Part shown: one piece after another, positions 9,320 to 20,055 of the stretch
How the letters are laid out: each line of letters starts with the position of its first letter
How positions within the stretch are numbered: position 1 is the stretch's first letter
Source: Candidatus Magasanikiibacteriota bacterium
GTDB lineage: Bacteria; Patescibacteriota; Patescibacteriia; Magasanikbacterales; UBA922
Direction of reading: 5' to 3'
Assembly (NCBI GenBank): GCA_021648085.1
Contig: JAKITS010000001.1
Coordinates: 915,201-979,200 of the forward strand
Length of the DNA: 64,000 bases
Notes under the pieces: model-generated
What the model was told of the DNA's origin: nothing
Databases searched by the model: none
What the model saw: only the letters and a program-made list of their open reading frames with translations
Program-made: the position numbers and the translations under genes

Positions 9320-12300
9320 ATGCCAATATACAAGAGACAGCCATTAAAGACAAAACAGCGTAAATTTTTTACAAAATTTAGCTCTAGTTTACCTGTTCCA
9401 GATCTTATTCAGGCTCAAAAAGATTCTTACAGTTGGTTCTTAAGAGAGGGTATCAAAGAACTTTTCGAGGAGGTTTCTCCTATTAACGATTTTACAGGTC
9501 GTGATTTAGAGCTTTATTTTGAAGACTATTTCATAGATGAGCCAAAATTTGATGAAACAACTTGCCGAGAAAAGAATATTACTTTCGAGGCTCCACTTCG
9601 CGCTACAGTTAAATTATTAAACAAAAGAACAGGAAAATCAACTAAACAGGAGATTTACCTTGGGGATATGCCACTTATGACAGAGCGTGGCACTTTTGTA
9701 GTAAATGGAATTGAGCGTGTTGTAGTTTCACAACTTATCAGAAGTCCGGGAGCATTTTTTACAGCAACCAACCTTCGCGGACGTCGTTTTTATGGTGCAA
9801 AAATTATTCCAAATCGTGGAGCTTGGGTTGAAATTGAAACAGACCAAAACAATGTAATCTGGGCAAAAGTAGACAGAAAACGAAAAATAGCTGTAACAGC
9901 ACTTTTGCGTGCTTTTGCAGGTCTTAACGATGAACAAATTATAGATTTGTTCAAAGATGTAAATAATCATCCAACGATAGACTTTATTGAGAATACTTTG
10001 AAAAAGGATGTATCTTCAAACGAAGAGGAAGGGTTGATTGAAGTGTACAAGCGTATTAGACCGGGTGATTTGGCTACAGCAGACAATGCAAAAAGTCTTA
10101 TACATTCAATGTTCTTCAATTTCGAAAGGTATGATTTAAGTAAGGTTGGTATTTATAAATTTAATACCAAGTTTAATCTTGGTTTAAAGGATAAAGATTT
10201 TGAAAAGAAAGAAAATCGTATTTTATCACCAGAAAAATTGACATCTGTTATAAAAGAAATAATTAGACTTAACATCACTCAAGAAGAGCCTGACGATATT
10301 GACCATTTGGGAAATAGGCGTGTGCGTGCTGTTGGAGAATTAGTGCAAAATAGATTTAGAGTAGGTCTGTCAAGAATGGAGCGTATTATTAGAGACAGGA
10401 TGAGTACTTATGAACTTATCAAGCTATCTCCAAATAAACTTGTAAATGCCCGTCCAGTTATTGCTTCTGTACATGAGTTTTTTATGAGTGCACAGCTTTC
10501 ACAGTTTATGGATCAAGTAAATCCTTTGGCAGAATTGGAACATAAGCGTCGTATTAGTGCTTTGGGGCCAGGTGGACTTTCTCGTGATAGAGCGGGATTT
10601 GAGGTTCGCGATGTGCACACAACTCATTACGGTCGTGTTTGTCCAATTTCTACTCCAGAGGGACCAAATATTGGTTTAGTTGGACATTTGGCAACATATT
10701 CAAAGATAAATAGTTTTGGATTTTTAGAGACACCTTATAGAAAAGTTATAAATGAGGTTCCAAATGAGGCTCGTTTTACAGAAGATGAGGTTTCAGCAAA
10801 AACTATAAAAGGAATTGTAGAAAGTGGTGAAAAAATTACAAAAACAATCGCTAAAAAACTAGCGAATACAAAAGCAAAAACTATAAAAGTAAAACCTCGT
10901 GTAACAAATGAAGTTGTATATTTAAATTCTTTTGAAGAGGAGCGCACAGTGACAGCTAGTGCTACAACACCAGTAGACGGAGATGGCTTTATTTTGGGAG
11001 TTCGTATTCCAGCGCGTGCTTATTCAGAGTCCACTATTGTAAAAGTGGAAGATGTTAATTATTTAGATGTTGCTTCAAATCAGATTTTAAGTGTTGCAAC
11101 AAGTCTTATTCCTTTCTTGGAGTACGATGATGCTACGCGTGCATTGATGGGGTCAAATATGCAGAGGCAATCTGTACCTTGTATTACTCCAGACGCTCCA
11201 CTTGTGGGAACTGGGATGGAAAAAGATGCCGCAAAAAATAGCGGATATGTTATACACGCACAAGCTACAGGAGAGGTGACTTACTTAGACGGAGATAAAA
11301 TTGAGATTACAAGTTCAAAAGGTGAGGTTTATACTCATAAATTGAAAAAGTATGTGCGTTCAAATGTTTCAAGTTGTATCAATCAAAGACCTGTTGTAAG
11401 GTTGGGAGATAATGTTAAAAAAGGAGAGTCACTTTGTGATGGACCGTCAATAGAGAGTAGTGAGTTGGCTTTGGGACAAAATGTATTGGTTGCGTATATG
11501 ATGTGGGATGGATTCAATTATGAGGATGCTATCATAATTTCTGAAAGACTTGTTCAGTCGGATAAGTACTCCTCAGTTCATATTGAAGACTATAAATTGG
11601 ATATTCGTGATACAAAACTTGGGCCAGAGTTGGTGACAAGTGATATTCCAAATGTAAGTGAAGAAAAATTAAAGAATTTAGATGCCGAAGGTGTTGTTCG
11701 TGTTGGAGCAGAAGTCCATTCTGGTGATATTTTGGTGGGTAAAATTAGTCCAAAAGGTGAGACAGAACTTTCTCCAGAAGAAAGACTTCTTCGTGCAATT
11801 TTTGGTGATAAAGCTAGAGATGTTCGCGATTCTTCTCTTTATCTAGAACATGGAGACAAAGGAAAGGTAATAGATGTAAAAGTATTTTCAGCAGAAGAGG
11901 GGGATAAATTGCAGGCTGGAGTTGTAAAACAGGTTCAAGTGACTGTAGCAGATATGCGTAAAATTCAGGTTGGAGATAAGATGGCTGGTCGTCATGGAAA
12001 TAAAGGTGTTATCGCTCGTGTTGTTCCTGTAGAAGATATGCCTTTCTTGGAAGATGGAACACCAGTTGATATTATCCTTTCACCGCTTGGAGTTGTATCT
12101 CGTATGAACTTGGGACAGCTTCTTGAAACTCATCTTGGTTTAGCTGCGAATGCACTTGGTTATAAAGCTGCTATCCCTACTTTGGATGGAATTCCAGAAG
12201 AAGTAATTCAGGGAGAGCTTAAAAAAGCAGGTTTTCCAGAAGATGGACAACTACAACTTCACGATGGTAGAACAGGTGAACTATTTGATCATAAAACAAC

Positions 12301-12709
12301 AGTTGGTTACAACTATATGTTGAAACTTAACCATATGATCGAAGATAAAATTCATCAACGCTCTATTGGTCCTTATAGTCTTATCACACAGCAACCTCTT
12401 GGAGGAAAGGCTCAGTTTGGTGGACAGCGTTTTGGAGAGATGGAGGTTTGGGCTTTGGAAGCCTATGGAGCAGCTCATACTTTACAGGAAATTTTAACTA
12501 TAAAATCTGACGATGTACCAGGGCGCTCAAAAGCTTATGAGTCTATTATTAAAGGGGAACCAATTACAAAAGTAAATGTTCCAGAATCATTCAATGTACT
12601 AACAAGAGAACTTAAAGGTCTAGCTCTTGATGTAGAACTTTTAAAGAAAACCGAAGATGGTTATATCACTGTAAGAGGTGGAAAAACATCTAAGAGTTCA
12701 AAGGAATAA
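9320..12709 (+). CDS. rpoB: RNA polymerase subunit beta
   Basis: SQFMDQVNPL, GDKMAGRHGNKG, GGQRFGEMEVWALE; ATG at 9320 preferred over TTG at 9302. Confidence 0.99.
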   Translation: MPIYKRQPLKTKQRKFFTKFSSSLPVPDLIQAQKDSYSWFLREGIKELFEEVSPINDFTGRDLELYFEDYFIDEPKFDETTCREKNITFEAPLRATVKLLNKRTGKSTKQEIYLGDMPLMTERGTFVVNGIERVVVSQLIRSPGAFFTATNLRGRRFYGAKIIPNRGAWVEIETDQNNVIWAKVDRKRKIAVTALLRAFAGLNDEQIIDLFKDVNNHPTIDFIENTLKKDVSSNEEEGLIEVYKRIRPGDLATADNAKSLIHSMFFNFERYDLSKVGIYKFNTKFNLGLKDKDFEKKENRILSPEKLTSVIKEIIRLNITQEEPDDIDHLGNRRVRAVGELVQNRFRVGLSRMERIIRDRMSTYELIKLSPNKLVNARPVIASVHEFFMSAQLSQFMDQVNPLAELEHKRRISALGPGGLSRDRAGFEVRDVHTTHYGRVCPISTPEGPNIGLVGHLATYSKINSFGFLETPYRKVINEVPNEARFTEDEVSAKTIKGIVESGEKITKTIAKKLANTKAKTIKVKPRVTNEVVYLNSFEEERTVTASATTPVDGDGFILGVRIPARAYSESTIVKVEDVNYLDVASNQILSVATSLIPFLEYDDATRALMGSNMQRQSVPCITPDAPLVGTGMEKDAAKNSGYVIHAQATGEVTYLDGDKIEITSSKGEVYTHKLKKYVRSNVSSCINQRPVVRLGDNVKKGESLCDGPSIESSELALGQNVLVAYMMWDGFNYEDAIIISERLVQSDKYSSVHIEDYKLDIRDTKLGPELVTSDIPNVSEEKLKNLDAEGVVRVGAEVHSGDILVGKISPKGETELSPEERLLRAIFGDKARDVRDSSLYLEHGDKGKVIDVKVFSAEEGDKLQAGVVKQVQVTVADMRKIQVGDKMAGRHGNKGVIARVVPVEDMPFLEDGTPVDIILSPLGVVSRMNLGQLLETHLGLAANALGYKAAIPTLDGIPEEVIQGELKKAGFPEDGQLQLHDGRTGELFDHKTTVGYNYMLKLNHMIEDKIHQRSIGPYSLITQQPLGGKAQFGGQRFGEMEVWALEAYGAAHTLQEILTIKSDDVPGRSKAYESIIKGEPITKVNVPESFNVLTRELKGLALDVELLKKTEDGYITVRGGKTSKSSKE

Positions 12710-12722
12710 TAAAAATAAATTT

Positions 12723-15700
12723 ATGAGTACTATAAATCGTGACGCGCTACATTCAACTGATTTTGACGCATTAGCTTTAAGGATTGCTTCACCAGAAGTA
12801 ATTAAAGGGTGGTCATACGGTGAAATTACGAAGCCAGAGACTATTAACTATCGCACACAGCGCTCTGAAAAAGCTGGTCTTTTCGCTGAGGAAATTTTTG
12901 GACCTACAAAAGATTGGGAGTGTTATTGTGGAAAATACAAAAAAATTCGCTATAAAGGAATAACTTGTGATAAATGTGGAGTGGAAGTGACTCACTCACT
13001 TGTGCGTCGTGAGCGTATGGGGCATATTGAGCTTTCAGCGCCAGTCACACATATTTGGTTTCTGCGTTCAATTCCTTCAAAAATAGGTTTGGTGTTAGAT
13101 ATGTCTATTCAAGGTTTGGAAAAAGTAATTTATTTTGCTTCTTTTATAATTACAAAAGTAGACGAAGAGCTAAAAGCCGAGACACAAGAAGAATTAAAGA
13201 AAGAGTTTAAAAGTAAGAAAAAACAACTTGAAAATCAGTATAAAAAGAAAATTGCTGAAGCTGTAAAAGAAAATCAAGATGCAAAGCTGTTGGAAGACTT
13301 AGCTAGCGAAAGAGATAAAAAAGTAGAATCACTTGAAGAAGATTTTTCTTATGCTGAAAAAGAGCTAAAAGAAATTTCAATGATGAGTTTAATTTCAGAA
13401 AATCAATATCAAGAACTTTCTTTGAGATTTGGACATATTTTTGATGCAAAAATTGGTGCGGAAGGTGTAAAAGAACTTTTAAAAAAATTAGATTTAAGTA
13501 AAACAATAGAAAATTTAGAGGAATTAATCAAAAAAAGTAAGGGTGCAAAGCGTGACAGACTTGTTCGTCGTGTAAAACTTTTGACAAGTCTTAAGAAGAA
13601 TAATATTAAACCAGAATGGATGGTATTGTCTTCTGTGCCTGTAATTCCACCAGATTTAAGACCTATGGTTGCACTGGATGGTGGTAGGTTTGCAACAAGC
13701 GATCTAAATGATTTATACAGACGCGTTATAAATAGAAATAACCGTTTGAAAAGATTGATAGATTTGAATGCACCAGAGGTAATTCGTAGAAATGAAAAAA
13801 GAATGCTTCAGGAGGCTGTAGACGCTTTAATTGATAATAATGCAAGAACTTCAAAGACTGTGACAGCATCAACTGGGCAAAAACGCCAACTGCGTTCTTT
13901 GGCAGATATTTTGAAAGGTAAACAAGGTCGTTTTCGTCAAAATCTACTTGGTAAACGCGTAGACTATTCAGGGCGTTCAGTAATTGTGGTTGGGCCAAGT
14001 TTGAAAATTAGTGAATGTGGTTTGCCAAAGAAAATGGCTTTGGAATTATTTAAACCATTTGTAATGTCAAAAATAATTCAGAGAGGTTTTGCTCATAATG
14101 TAAGAAGTGCTTCAAGATTTATAGAATCGAACGCACCAGAAGTTTGGGATATCTTAGAAGAGGTGACTAGCACAAGGCGTGTAATGTTGAATCGTGCACC
14201 GACTCTTCATAGATTGGGTATTCAAGCTTTCAAACCACTTCTTATCGAAGGAAAAGCTATCCAACTTCATCCACTTGTTTGTCCTGCGTTCAACGCTGAC
14301 TTCGATGGAGACCAGATGGCTGTACATGTTCCACTTACAGAAGATGCAAAATGGGAAGCTGAAAACCTAATGGCTGCAGAAACTAACATTTTGAAACCAG
14401 CAACTGGTCGTCCTGTGGTAACTCCAGGGCATGACATTGTACTTGGTTGTTATTACTTGACTGGAATTATTGAAACTGAAGAGGAAGTAAAAAAGTTTTT
14501 CTCAGACGCTACAGAAGCAAAATTTGCATATAAAAATCGTAAAATTAACTTGAAAGAAAAGATAAAAGTACGTTTCAAAAATTTGTCTAAATTTGAAGAA
14601 GGTATTGGTCCAATAGTTGAAACAACGGTTGGTAGAATTTTGTTCAATGAAATTTTACCAGAAAAATTATCATTTTATAATGAGACTGTTTCAAAGAAAA
14701 CTTTGGGTCAAATTATTGCTTTCCTGCTTGAATTTTACGGACAAGTATTTACAGCTCGTACTTTGGACGACATCAAAACAATTGGTTTCCGTTATGCTAC
14801 AAAATCTGGATATTCACTTGGAATGCAAGACTTTGGTAAAAATGAAGAAAAGACAGAAATCCTAGCAGAAGGCGACAAAAAAGCACAAGAAGTAGAAGAA
14901 CAATATCAAGATGGTTTGCTTACAGATTCAGAAAGACACGCAAAAATATTAGATATTTGGACAGATGTAAAAGATAGAGTTTTATCTTACAACGATAAAG
15001 CTCTGGACAAAGACGGTCCAGTTTTTGCAATGATTGACTCTGGAGCTCGTGGAAGTTGGGCACAACTTGGGCAGGTAGTAGGAATGAAAGGGCTTGTAGC
15101 TTCACCGAGTGGAGACATTATCGAATTGCCTGTAAAAGGAAACTTTAAAGAAGGTTTTAGTGTATTGGAATTCTTCATATCTTCTCATGGTACTCGTAAA
15201 GGTCTAACTGACACCGCTTTGCGTACAGCGAATGCTGGTTATCTTACTCGTCGTCTTATAGACGTTGCACAAGATGTAGTTGTAAATGCAGACGATTGTG
15301 GAGAAAGAGAGGGAGATTTAATAACAAGAGCTAGCTCAGAAGAAGTTGGGGAAACTATAGCAGAGCGTGTAAGAGGTAGATTTGTATCAAAAACTCTTAA
15401 AGATAGCGAAGGAAAAACAATTGTTAAAAAAGGACAGGTCGTGACAGAAGAGCTTGCAAGACATATTGCAAAAGCAGATCTAGATGAAGTTCATATTCGT
15501 TCAATTATAAAATGTAAACTTGTAAAAGGTGTTTGTAAAAAGTGTTATGGATACGACCTTGGTAACAACGAAGTTGTAGAAATAGGTATGGCAGCTGGTA
15601 TTGTGGCAGCACAATCAATCGGTGAGCCGGGAACACAACTTACTATGAGAACTTTCCATCTTGGAGGAGTTGCTGGAGTAGGAGATATTACACAAGGTTT

Positions 15701-16724
15701 ACCCCGTGTGGAAGAATTATTTGAGGCTCGCAATCCAAAAAGACAAGCTGTTTTGACAGAGGTAGATGGAACAATTGAAATAGAAGATGCAGATGGAAAA
15801 GTAATTACAAACTCAACAGGAAGAAAAGTTTTTGAGGGGCGTAGAGGGCAAAAAATCATCAAGGTTCATTTTGAAGGAACTGAAGAGATGGATATTAAAA
15901 TCAGAAAAACTGACGATGTAAAAATTGTAGACGGACAAAAAATCAAAAAAGGACAAGTATTACTTGTAAGAGGTACAACAGGAGAAGAAACAAAAGCACT
16001 TTACAAAGGAAGTGTTCGTGTTGCTGAAAAATCTATGACTTTGGTTTATGAAGGTAAGCACTTAAGAGAATACATAATTCCAATCGGACTGAAACTTTGG
16101 GTAAAAGATGGTGATGTTGTAGAAAAAGGGGAGCAACTTACAGAAGGAAGTGTAAATCTGCAAGAATTATTTGTTTTGAGAGATCGTGGTTCTGTTCAAA
16201 AATATATTCTTCGTGAAATTAAACAAATTTACGGAGCTCAAGGACAGAAATTGAACGATAAACACCTAGAAGTTATCATTAAGCAATTGTTCAGTCGTGT
16301 ATTTGTAGAAGACGTCGGCGATACAGATCTTATCCCAGGAGAAATCATTGAGAAAACTCAATATATGATTGCAAACAATAAAGCAAAAGAAGCAGGCAAA
16401 AAAACTTCAGAAGTTAGAGAATTATTCTTAGGAATGAGTAAAGTTTCTCTTTCAACACAAAGCTTTTTGTCTGCAGCGTCTTTCCAGGAAACAGCCCGTG
16501 TTCTTGTAAATGCAGCTGTTACTGGTAAGATTGATTATCTAGAAGGATTAAAAGAAAATGTTATTATTGGAAGATTGATTCCAGTAGGAACAGGTGTAAA
16601 ACCAATAGAAAGAAAACAATCTGAAGTTGCAGAAGTTGAGACTGTGAAAGCAGTGGAAACTACGACAGAAGAAGAAGTAACAGAAAAAGTAGAGGCTGTA
16701 AAAACAACAGAAGAAAAAGCATAA
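12723..16724 (+). CDS. rpoC: RNA polymerase subunit beta'
   Basis: Catalytic NADFDGD; zinc finger CYCGKY...CDKC; ATG at 12723. Confidence 0.99.
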   Translation: MSTINRDALHSTDFDALALRIASPEVIKGWSYGEITKPETINYRTQRSEKAGLFAEEIFGPTKDWECYCGKYKKIRYKGITCDKCGVEVTHSLVRRERMGHIELSAPVTHIWFLRSIPSKIGLVLDMSIQGLEKVIYFASFIITKVDEELKAETQEELKKEFKSKKKQLENQYKKKIAEAVKENQDAKLLEDLASERDKKVESLEEDFSYAEKELKEISMMSLISENQYQELSLRFGHIFDAKIGAEGVKELLKKLDLSKTIENLEELIKKSKGAKRDRLVRRVKLLTSLKKNNIKPEWMVLSSVPVIPPDLRPMVALDGGRFATSDLNDLYRRVINRNNRLKRLIDLNAPEVIRRNEKRMLQEAVDALIDNNARTSKTVTASTGQKRQLRSLADILKGKQGRFRQNLLGKRVDYSGRSVIVVGPSLKISECGLPKKMALELFKPFVMSKIIQRGFAHNVRSASRFIESNAPEVWDILEEVTSTRRVMLNRAPTLHRLGIQAFKPLLIEGKAIQLHPLVCPAFNADFDGDQMAVHVPLTEDAKWEAENLMAAETNILKPATGRPVVTPGHDIVLGCYYLTGIIETEEEVKKFFSDATEAKFAYKNRKINLKEKIKVRFKNLSKFEEGIGPIVETTVGRILFNEILPEKLSFYNETVSKKTLGQIIAFLLEFYGQVFTARTLDDIKTIGFRYATKSGYSLGMQDFGKNEEKTEILAEGDKKAQEVEEQYQDGLLTDSERHAKILDIWTDVKDRVLSYNDKALDKDGPVFAMIDSGARGSWAQLGQVVGMKGLVASPSGDIIELPVKGNFKEGFSVLEFFISSHGTRKGLTDTALRTANAGYLTRRLIDVAQDVVVNADDCGEREGDLITRASSEEVGETIAERVRGRFVSKTLKDSEGKTIVKKGQVVTEELARHIAKADLDEVHIRSIIKCKLVKGVCKKCYGYDLGNNEVVEIGMAAGIVAAQSIGEPGTQLTMRTFHLGGVAGVGDITQGLPRVEELFEARNPKRQAVLTEVDGTIEIEDADGKVITNSTGRKVFEGRRGQKIIKVHFEGTEEMDIKIRKTDDVKIVDGQKIKKGQVLLVRGTTGEETKALYKGSVRVAEKSMTLVYEGKHLREYIIPIGLKLWVKDGDVVEKGEQLTEGSVNLQELFVLRDRGSVQKYILREIKQIYGAQGQKLNDKHLEVIIKQLFSRVFVEDVGDTDLIPGEIIEKTQYMIANNKAKEAGKKTSEVRELFLGMSKVSLSTQSFLSAASFQETARVLVNAAVTGKIDYLEGLKENVIIGRLIPVGTGVKPIERKQSEVAEVETVKAVETTTEEEVTEKVEAVKTTEEKA

Positions 16725-16740
16725 AACTACTTTAAAAATA

Positions 16741-16935
16741 CAAAAAACCTTGTTAAGGGTCTATCTAAAAATACGCTTTCGTTATTTAAATTTCTAAATT
16801 TTGAGCGAGACAAAAAGAAAAAATATTTGCCCAGCCTAAGCTTCGGAAATATTTTTTCTTGAAGTTGTAGTCAAAATTTGGAGATTTTAATAGAAATGGT
16901 ATGTTTAGATAGGCCCATCAGCAAGGTTTTTTGTT
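16741..16935 (+). terminator. rpoC terminator with palindrome copy 2 in its loop
   Basis: caaaaaaccttgtt ... agcaaggttttttg arms separated by the 160-bp element. Confidence 0.7.
16757..16916 (+). repeat. Dispersed ~160-bp imperfect palindrome, copy 2
   Basis: Ends gggtctatctaaa / tttagataggccc; same core as copy 1. Confidence 0.9.
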
Positions 16936-16990
16936 ATTTAATTTTTTTATATGGTAATATATAAAACATAAACAAATTCATATATTTTTT

Positions 16991-19966
16991 ATGAGAGAAT
17001 ATAATAGAGAACAAGAAAATGAAATTAAAGAATTGGCGGTGAGTGAGGCTGAGGAAGCAGAAATTCACACTGAATTAGAAAAAAAAGCTTATTTACAAAA
17101 AATAGAAGATATTTTCAAAGCACAAAAACTAAAAAAATATGAATATGAATATGAATATTATAATAATCTAAAAGATAAGTTGTTTAAAACTATTGATAAT
17201 TATGAAGGAGATAAAAATGATATTTATTTATATATTTTAGATAAAGAGGTGTATTTTTTTAAAGAATCTTTTTTATTTGACGAAAGAGTCCAGGATTTGA
17301 ATAGTACAGTTGCAAATAAACTTTGTGAGTTTAGTGGAGGTTATAATAATATTGAAAGTAATCGAGATAAATTTCAAAATTTAAATTATAAAGACATTGC
17401 AAACAGACTTATTAAATCAGACCAAGGTTATGTGCTTGCAAATAACCTAGAAAAATTCCAAGGTTTAGATCATCAAGACATTGCAAACAGACTTATTAAA
17501 TCAGACCAAGGTTATGTGCTTGCAAATAACCTAGAAAAATTCCAAGGTTTAGATCATCAAGACATTGCAAATAGACTTATTAAATCTAATAATGTATGGC
17601 CTTTAGTAAATAACCTAGAAAAATTTAGAGGATTAAACCATCAAGAATTAGCAAATAAACTTATTAAACCTAATAATGCTGAGTTTTTAGTAAAAAATTT
17701 AGAAAAATTCCAAGGTTTAGATCATCAAGACATTGCGAGCAAACTTATTGAAAATGCACAAATAGATTTGCTTATAAATAATATAGAAAAATTCCAAGGT
17801 GGTTTAAACACAGTATCACAAGGATTTCAACAAAATGCACAAACAAATTTTGGTGGTAAAAAAGAAGATTATAAAAAGATTTTTGAAAATCAAACTCCAC
17901 CGCACGATATGGAAAATCAATTATTAGAGGAATTTTTAAGAAAATATGGTAGTTTTTTACAAAATTTTAATGAATTAAAAGAAGCACAAAACATTTCCGA
18001 AGAAGATAAAAAATATCTTGAATCTGGAAAATTTGGAGAAGAATTTTTAATTCCTGTTTGTAATTCTCAAAGTGTTGGAAGTTTTCGGTTTTTGGATTTT
18101 ACATCAAAACTTATTGAATTTGAAAGAGTTATTTCAGAAAAAGATTTTTCTTTGTTAAGTGAAATTGCTATAAGACAAGGAATAAGAGCAATAGAAACAA
18201 TGGATTTTTTAACAAAACAACATGGTAAATACAATGAGTCATTATCAGAAAATAAAAACTTAAAAGAATTCATATTTTCTGGTTTACCAACTATACAAGA
18301 TATATATAAAGAATATTTATCAATTATAGAAGATGATTCACTCACAGATTTGGAGAGAAAAACAGAATTGAATAATCTTAAAGAAAAAGTTTTGAAAATA
18401 CAAGGGCAAATAATAAAAGGTGGAGGTGAAAATTCTGAAAATAAAGAAGATGAGAAAATGTTGGTTGGTTTAACTTACGATGTTTTTTCACCAGCTTCAT
18501 CTATAGGAAGGGCGCAATATGAAAACCTGTTGAGTAGAAGAGAGGATAGGACAAAAGATATCCCACAAGAATTAATGGATTTAAACAAAGAAACAAAAAT
18601 AACAGCTGTATATAAAAAATTTGGATTTTGGAATTTAAAAGAAGGTGAAAAAACCGACTTTACTTTACCAGAAAAATATACTGGTTTTATTGATAAAATA
18701 AATAAAACCGCAAAAGAGAAAAAAGAGGAAAATAAAGATTGGCGTGCGGAATATGTAAAACTTGCGCAACAACTTTTGCGAACAAAAAAAATTAATTGGA
18801 AAGAAAAAAATGAGGTTTTCCAAGATATTTATAGACTTATTGCAAGCGGAGCTGTTCCTGGAGTTGCAGGAATTGAAAAAAAGGGAGATACTTTTGAAGA
18901 TAACAAACAATTGTTAGATTTGGTTGGTGATAAATTTAAAGATGCTATTGATATTGCACTCAAAACATACAAAGAAGAAAATCCAGAAGAATATGAAAAA
19001 GATGTAGATATTGCTACAAAACTTGTGATAAATAAAAAAGCAAAAAAAGGAATAGTAAAAAGTATGGTGGGAGTTTTGAAACAGTATACTCGCGTGCCAA
19101 AACATAAAATATTTGATGAGGATACAGACAGGTTTGTAAATAGTAAAATAAAAAGAATATTGAAAAAATATAGTATTCATTTTGAAGGGGATATATTGAG
19201 TGAACTTGTAAATAATGAAAAATTGATGGAAAGTGTGGAGAAAATAGATGTCGAAATAGGTGAAAATGAAAAAACAGAAGATATAAAAGCGAGAATGGAA
19301 GCAGAGACAATGGAAATGGAACAAATTTTAAAAGAGTACTTTCAAGAAAAACTATTGAATGCAGAAATGAATCGTAATGCAGGAAAACTTTCTTCAGAAT
19401 TGGCTGGTAAATTTTTTGGTGAAGAAAAAAATAAACTGCAAGATGATATTTCTAAATATGAATTTGTAGAAGGTGGAGGTGGATCTGGAAAACCTTTGCG
19501 TTTGGAAATATCAAAACACAAATTGCACAGTGTAGCTGGTTTAAATATGGGAGTTTGTGTAGCAGTGGACGAAAAACTTTGGAACAAAGAAACTTTTATG
19601 AATGTAATTTTGTGGGACGATGAAATTAAGAAATCTCAGGGAGGAATGCATTTTGAAATTGTAGAAGATAAAGGTGAAAAGTATCTTAGTTTACCTGGAA
19701 TAAATCCAACTCCAAAATTACTTGCTTCTGCAAATCCAGAAAGTATATATGATCAAATGATAGAATTTGCAAAAAAATCCGCAAAAGCAATTGGTGCAAA
19801 AGGAGTGTTGATTCCTACTCGTGGAGAGATACATTCAAATCGTGCGGAAATACATAAAATTGTGCAAGATAAAAAATATCCAGTTCATAGTTTAGAAAAT
19901 AGTCATGACTTTTCATATAAACCTTATATTTATTCTTGGAAGGATACTTATTTTATAGAAGTATAA
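16991..19966 (+). CDS. Large orphan protein with 28-aa tandem repeats and a compact C-terminal domain
   Basis: 991-aa ORF; repeats DIANRLIKSDQGYVLANNLEKFQGLDHQ; C-terminal GLNMGVC...PGINP...HSNR. Confidence 0.8.
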   Translation: MREYNREQENEIKELAVSEAEEAEIHTELEKKAYLQKIEDIFKAQKLKKYEYEYEYYNNLKDKLFKTIDNYEGDKNDIYLYILDKEVYFFKESFLFDERVQDLNSTVANKLCEFSGGYNNIESNRDKFQNLNYKDIANRLIKSDQGYVLANNLEKFQGLDHQDIANRLIKSDQGYVLANNLEKFQGLDHQDIANRLIKSNNVWPLVNNLEKFRGLNHQELANKLIKPNNAEFLVKNLEKFQGLDHQDIASKLIENAQIDLLINNIEKFQGGLNTVSQGFQQNAQTNFGGKKEDYKKIFENQTPPHDMENQLLEEFLRKYGSFLQNFNELKEAQNISEEDKKYLESGKFGEEFLIPVCNSQSVGSFRFLDFTSKLIEFERVISEKDFSLLSEIAIRQGIRAIETMDFLTKQHGKYNESLSENKNLKEFIFSGLPTIQDIYKEYLSIIEDDSLTDLERKTELNNLKEKVLKIQGQIIKGGGENSENKEDEKMLVGLTYDVFSPASSIGRAQYENLLSRREDRTKDIPQELMDLNKETKITAVYKKFGFWNLKEGEKTDFTLPEKYTGFIDKINKTAKEKKEENKDWRAEYVKLAQQLLRTKKINWKEKNEVFQDIYRLIASGAVPGVAGIEKKGDTFEDNKQLLDLVGDKFKDAIDIALKTYKEENPEEYEKDVDIATKLVINKKAKKGIVKSMVGVLKQYTRVPKHKIFDEDTDRFVNSKIKRILKKYSIHFEGDILSELVNNEKLMESVEKIDVEIGENEKTEDIKARMEAETMEMEQILKEYFQEKLLNAEMNRNAGKLSSELAGKFFGEEKNKLQDDISKYEFVEGGGGSGKPLRLEISKHKLHSVAGLNMGVCVAVDEKLWNKETFMNVILWDDEIKKSQGGMHFEIVEDKGEKYLSLPGINPTPKLLASANPESIYDQMIEFAKKSAKAIGAKGVLIPTRGEIHSNRAEIHKIVQDKKYPVHSLENSHDFSYKPYIYSWKDTYFIEV
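17391..17800 (+). repeat. Intragenic 84-bp tandem repeat, two identical units plus about three degenerate units
   Basis: aagacattgcaaa recurs at 17391, 17475 and 17559. Confidence 0.9.
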
Positions 19967-19980
19967 ATTACTTTTTAAAA

Positions 19981-20013
19981 CAAAAAACCTTGTTAATTAC
20001 AGGGTTTTTTGTT
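19981..20013 (+). terminator. Terminator; uninterrupted duplicate of the rpoC terminator
   Basis: caaaaaaccttgt-taatt-acagggttttttg. Confidence 0.8.
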
Positions 20014-20055
20014 ATGTTAAATTAGGATTTAGTATTATAAATTAATATTTATTTT

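Noticed and set aside
17391-17800. 84-bp repeats as a CRISPR array
   Set aside because: In-frame coding tandem repeats without unique spacers; no cas genes in the window
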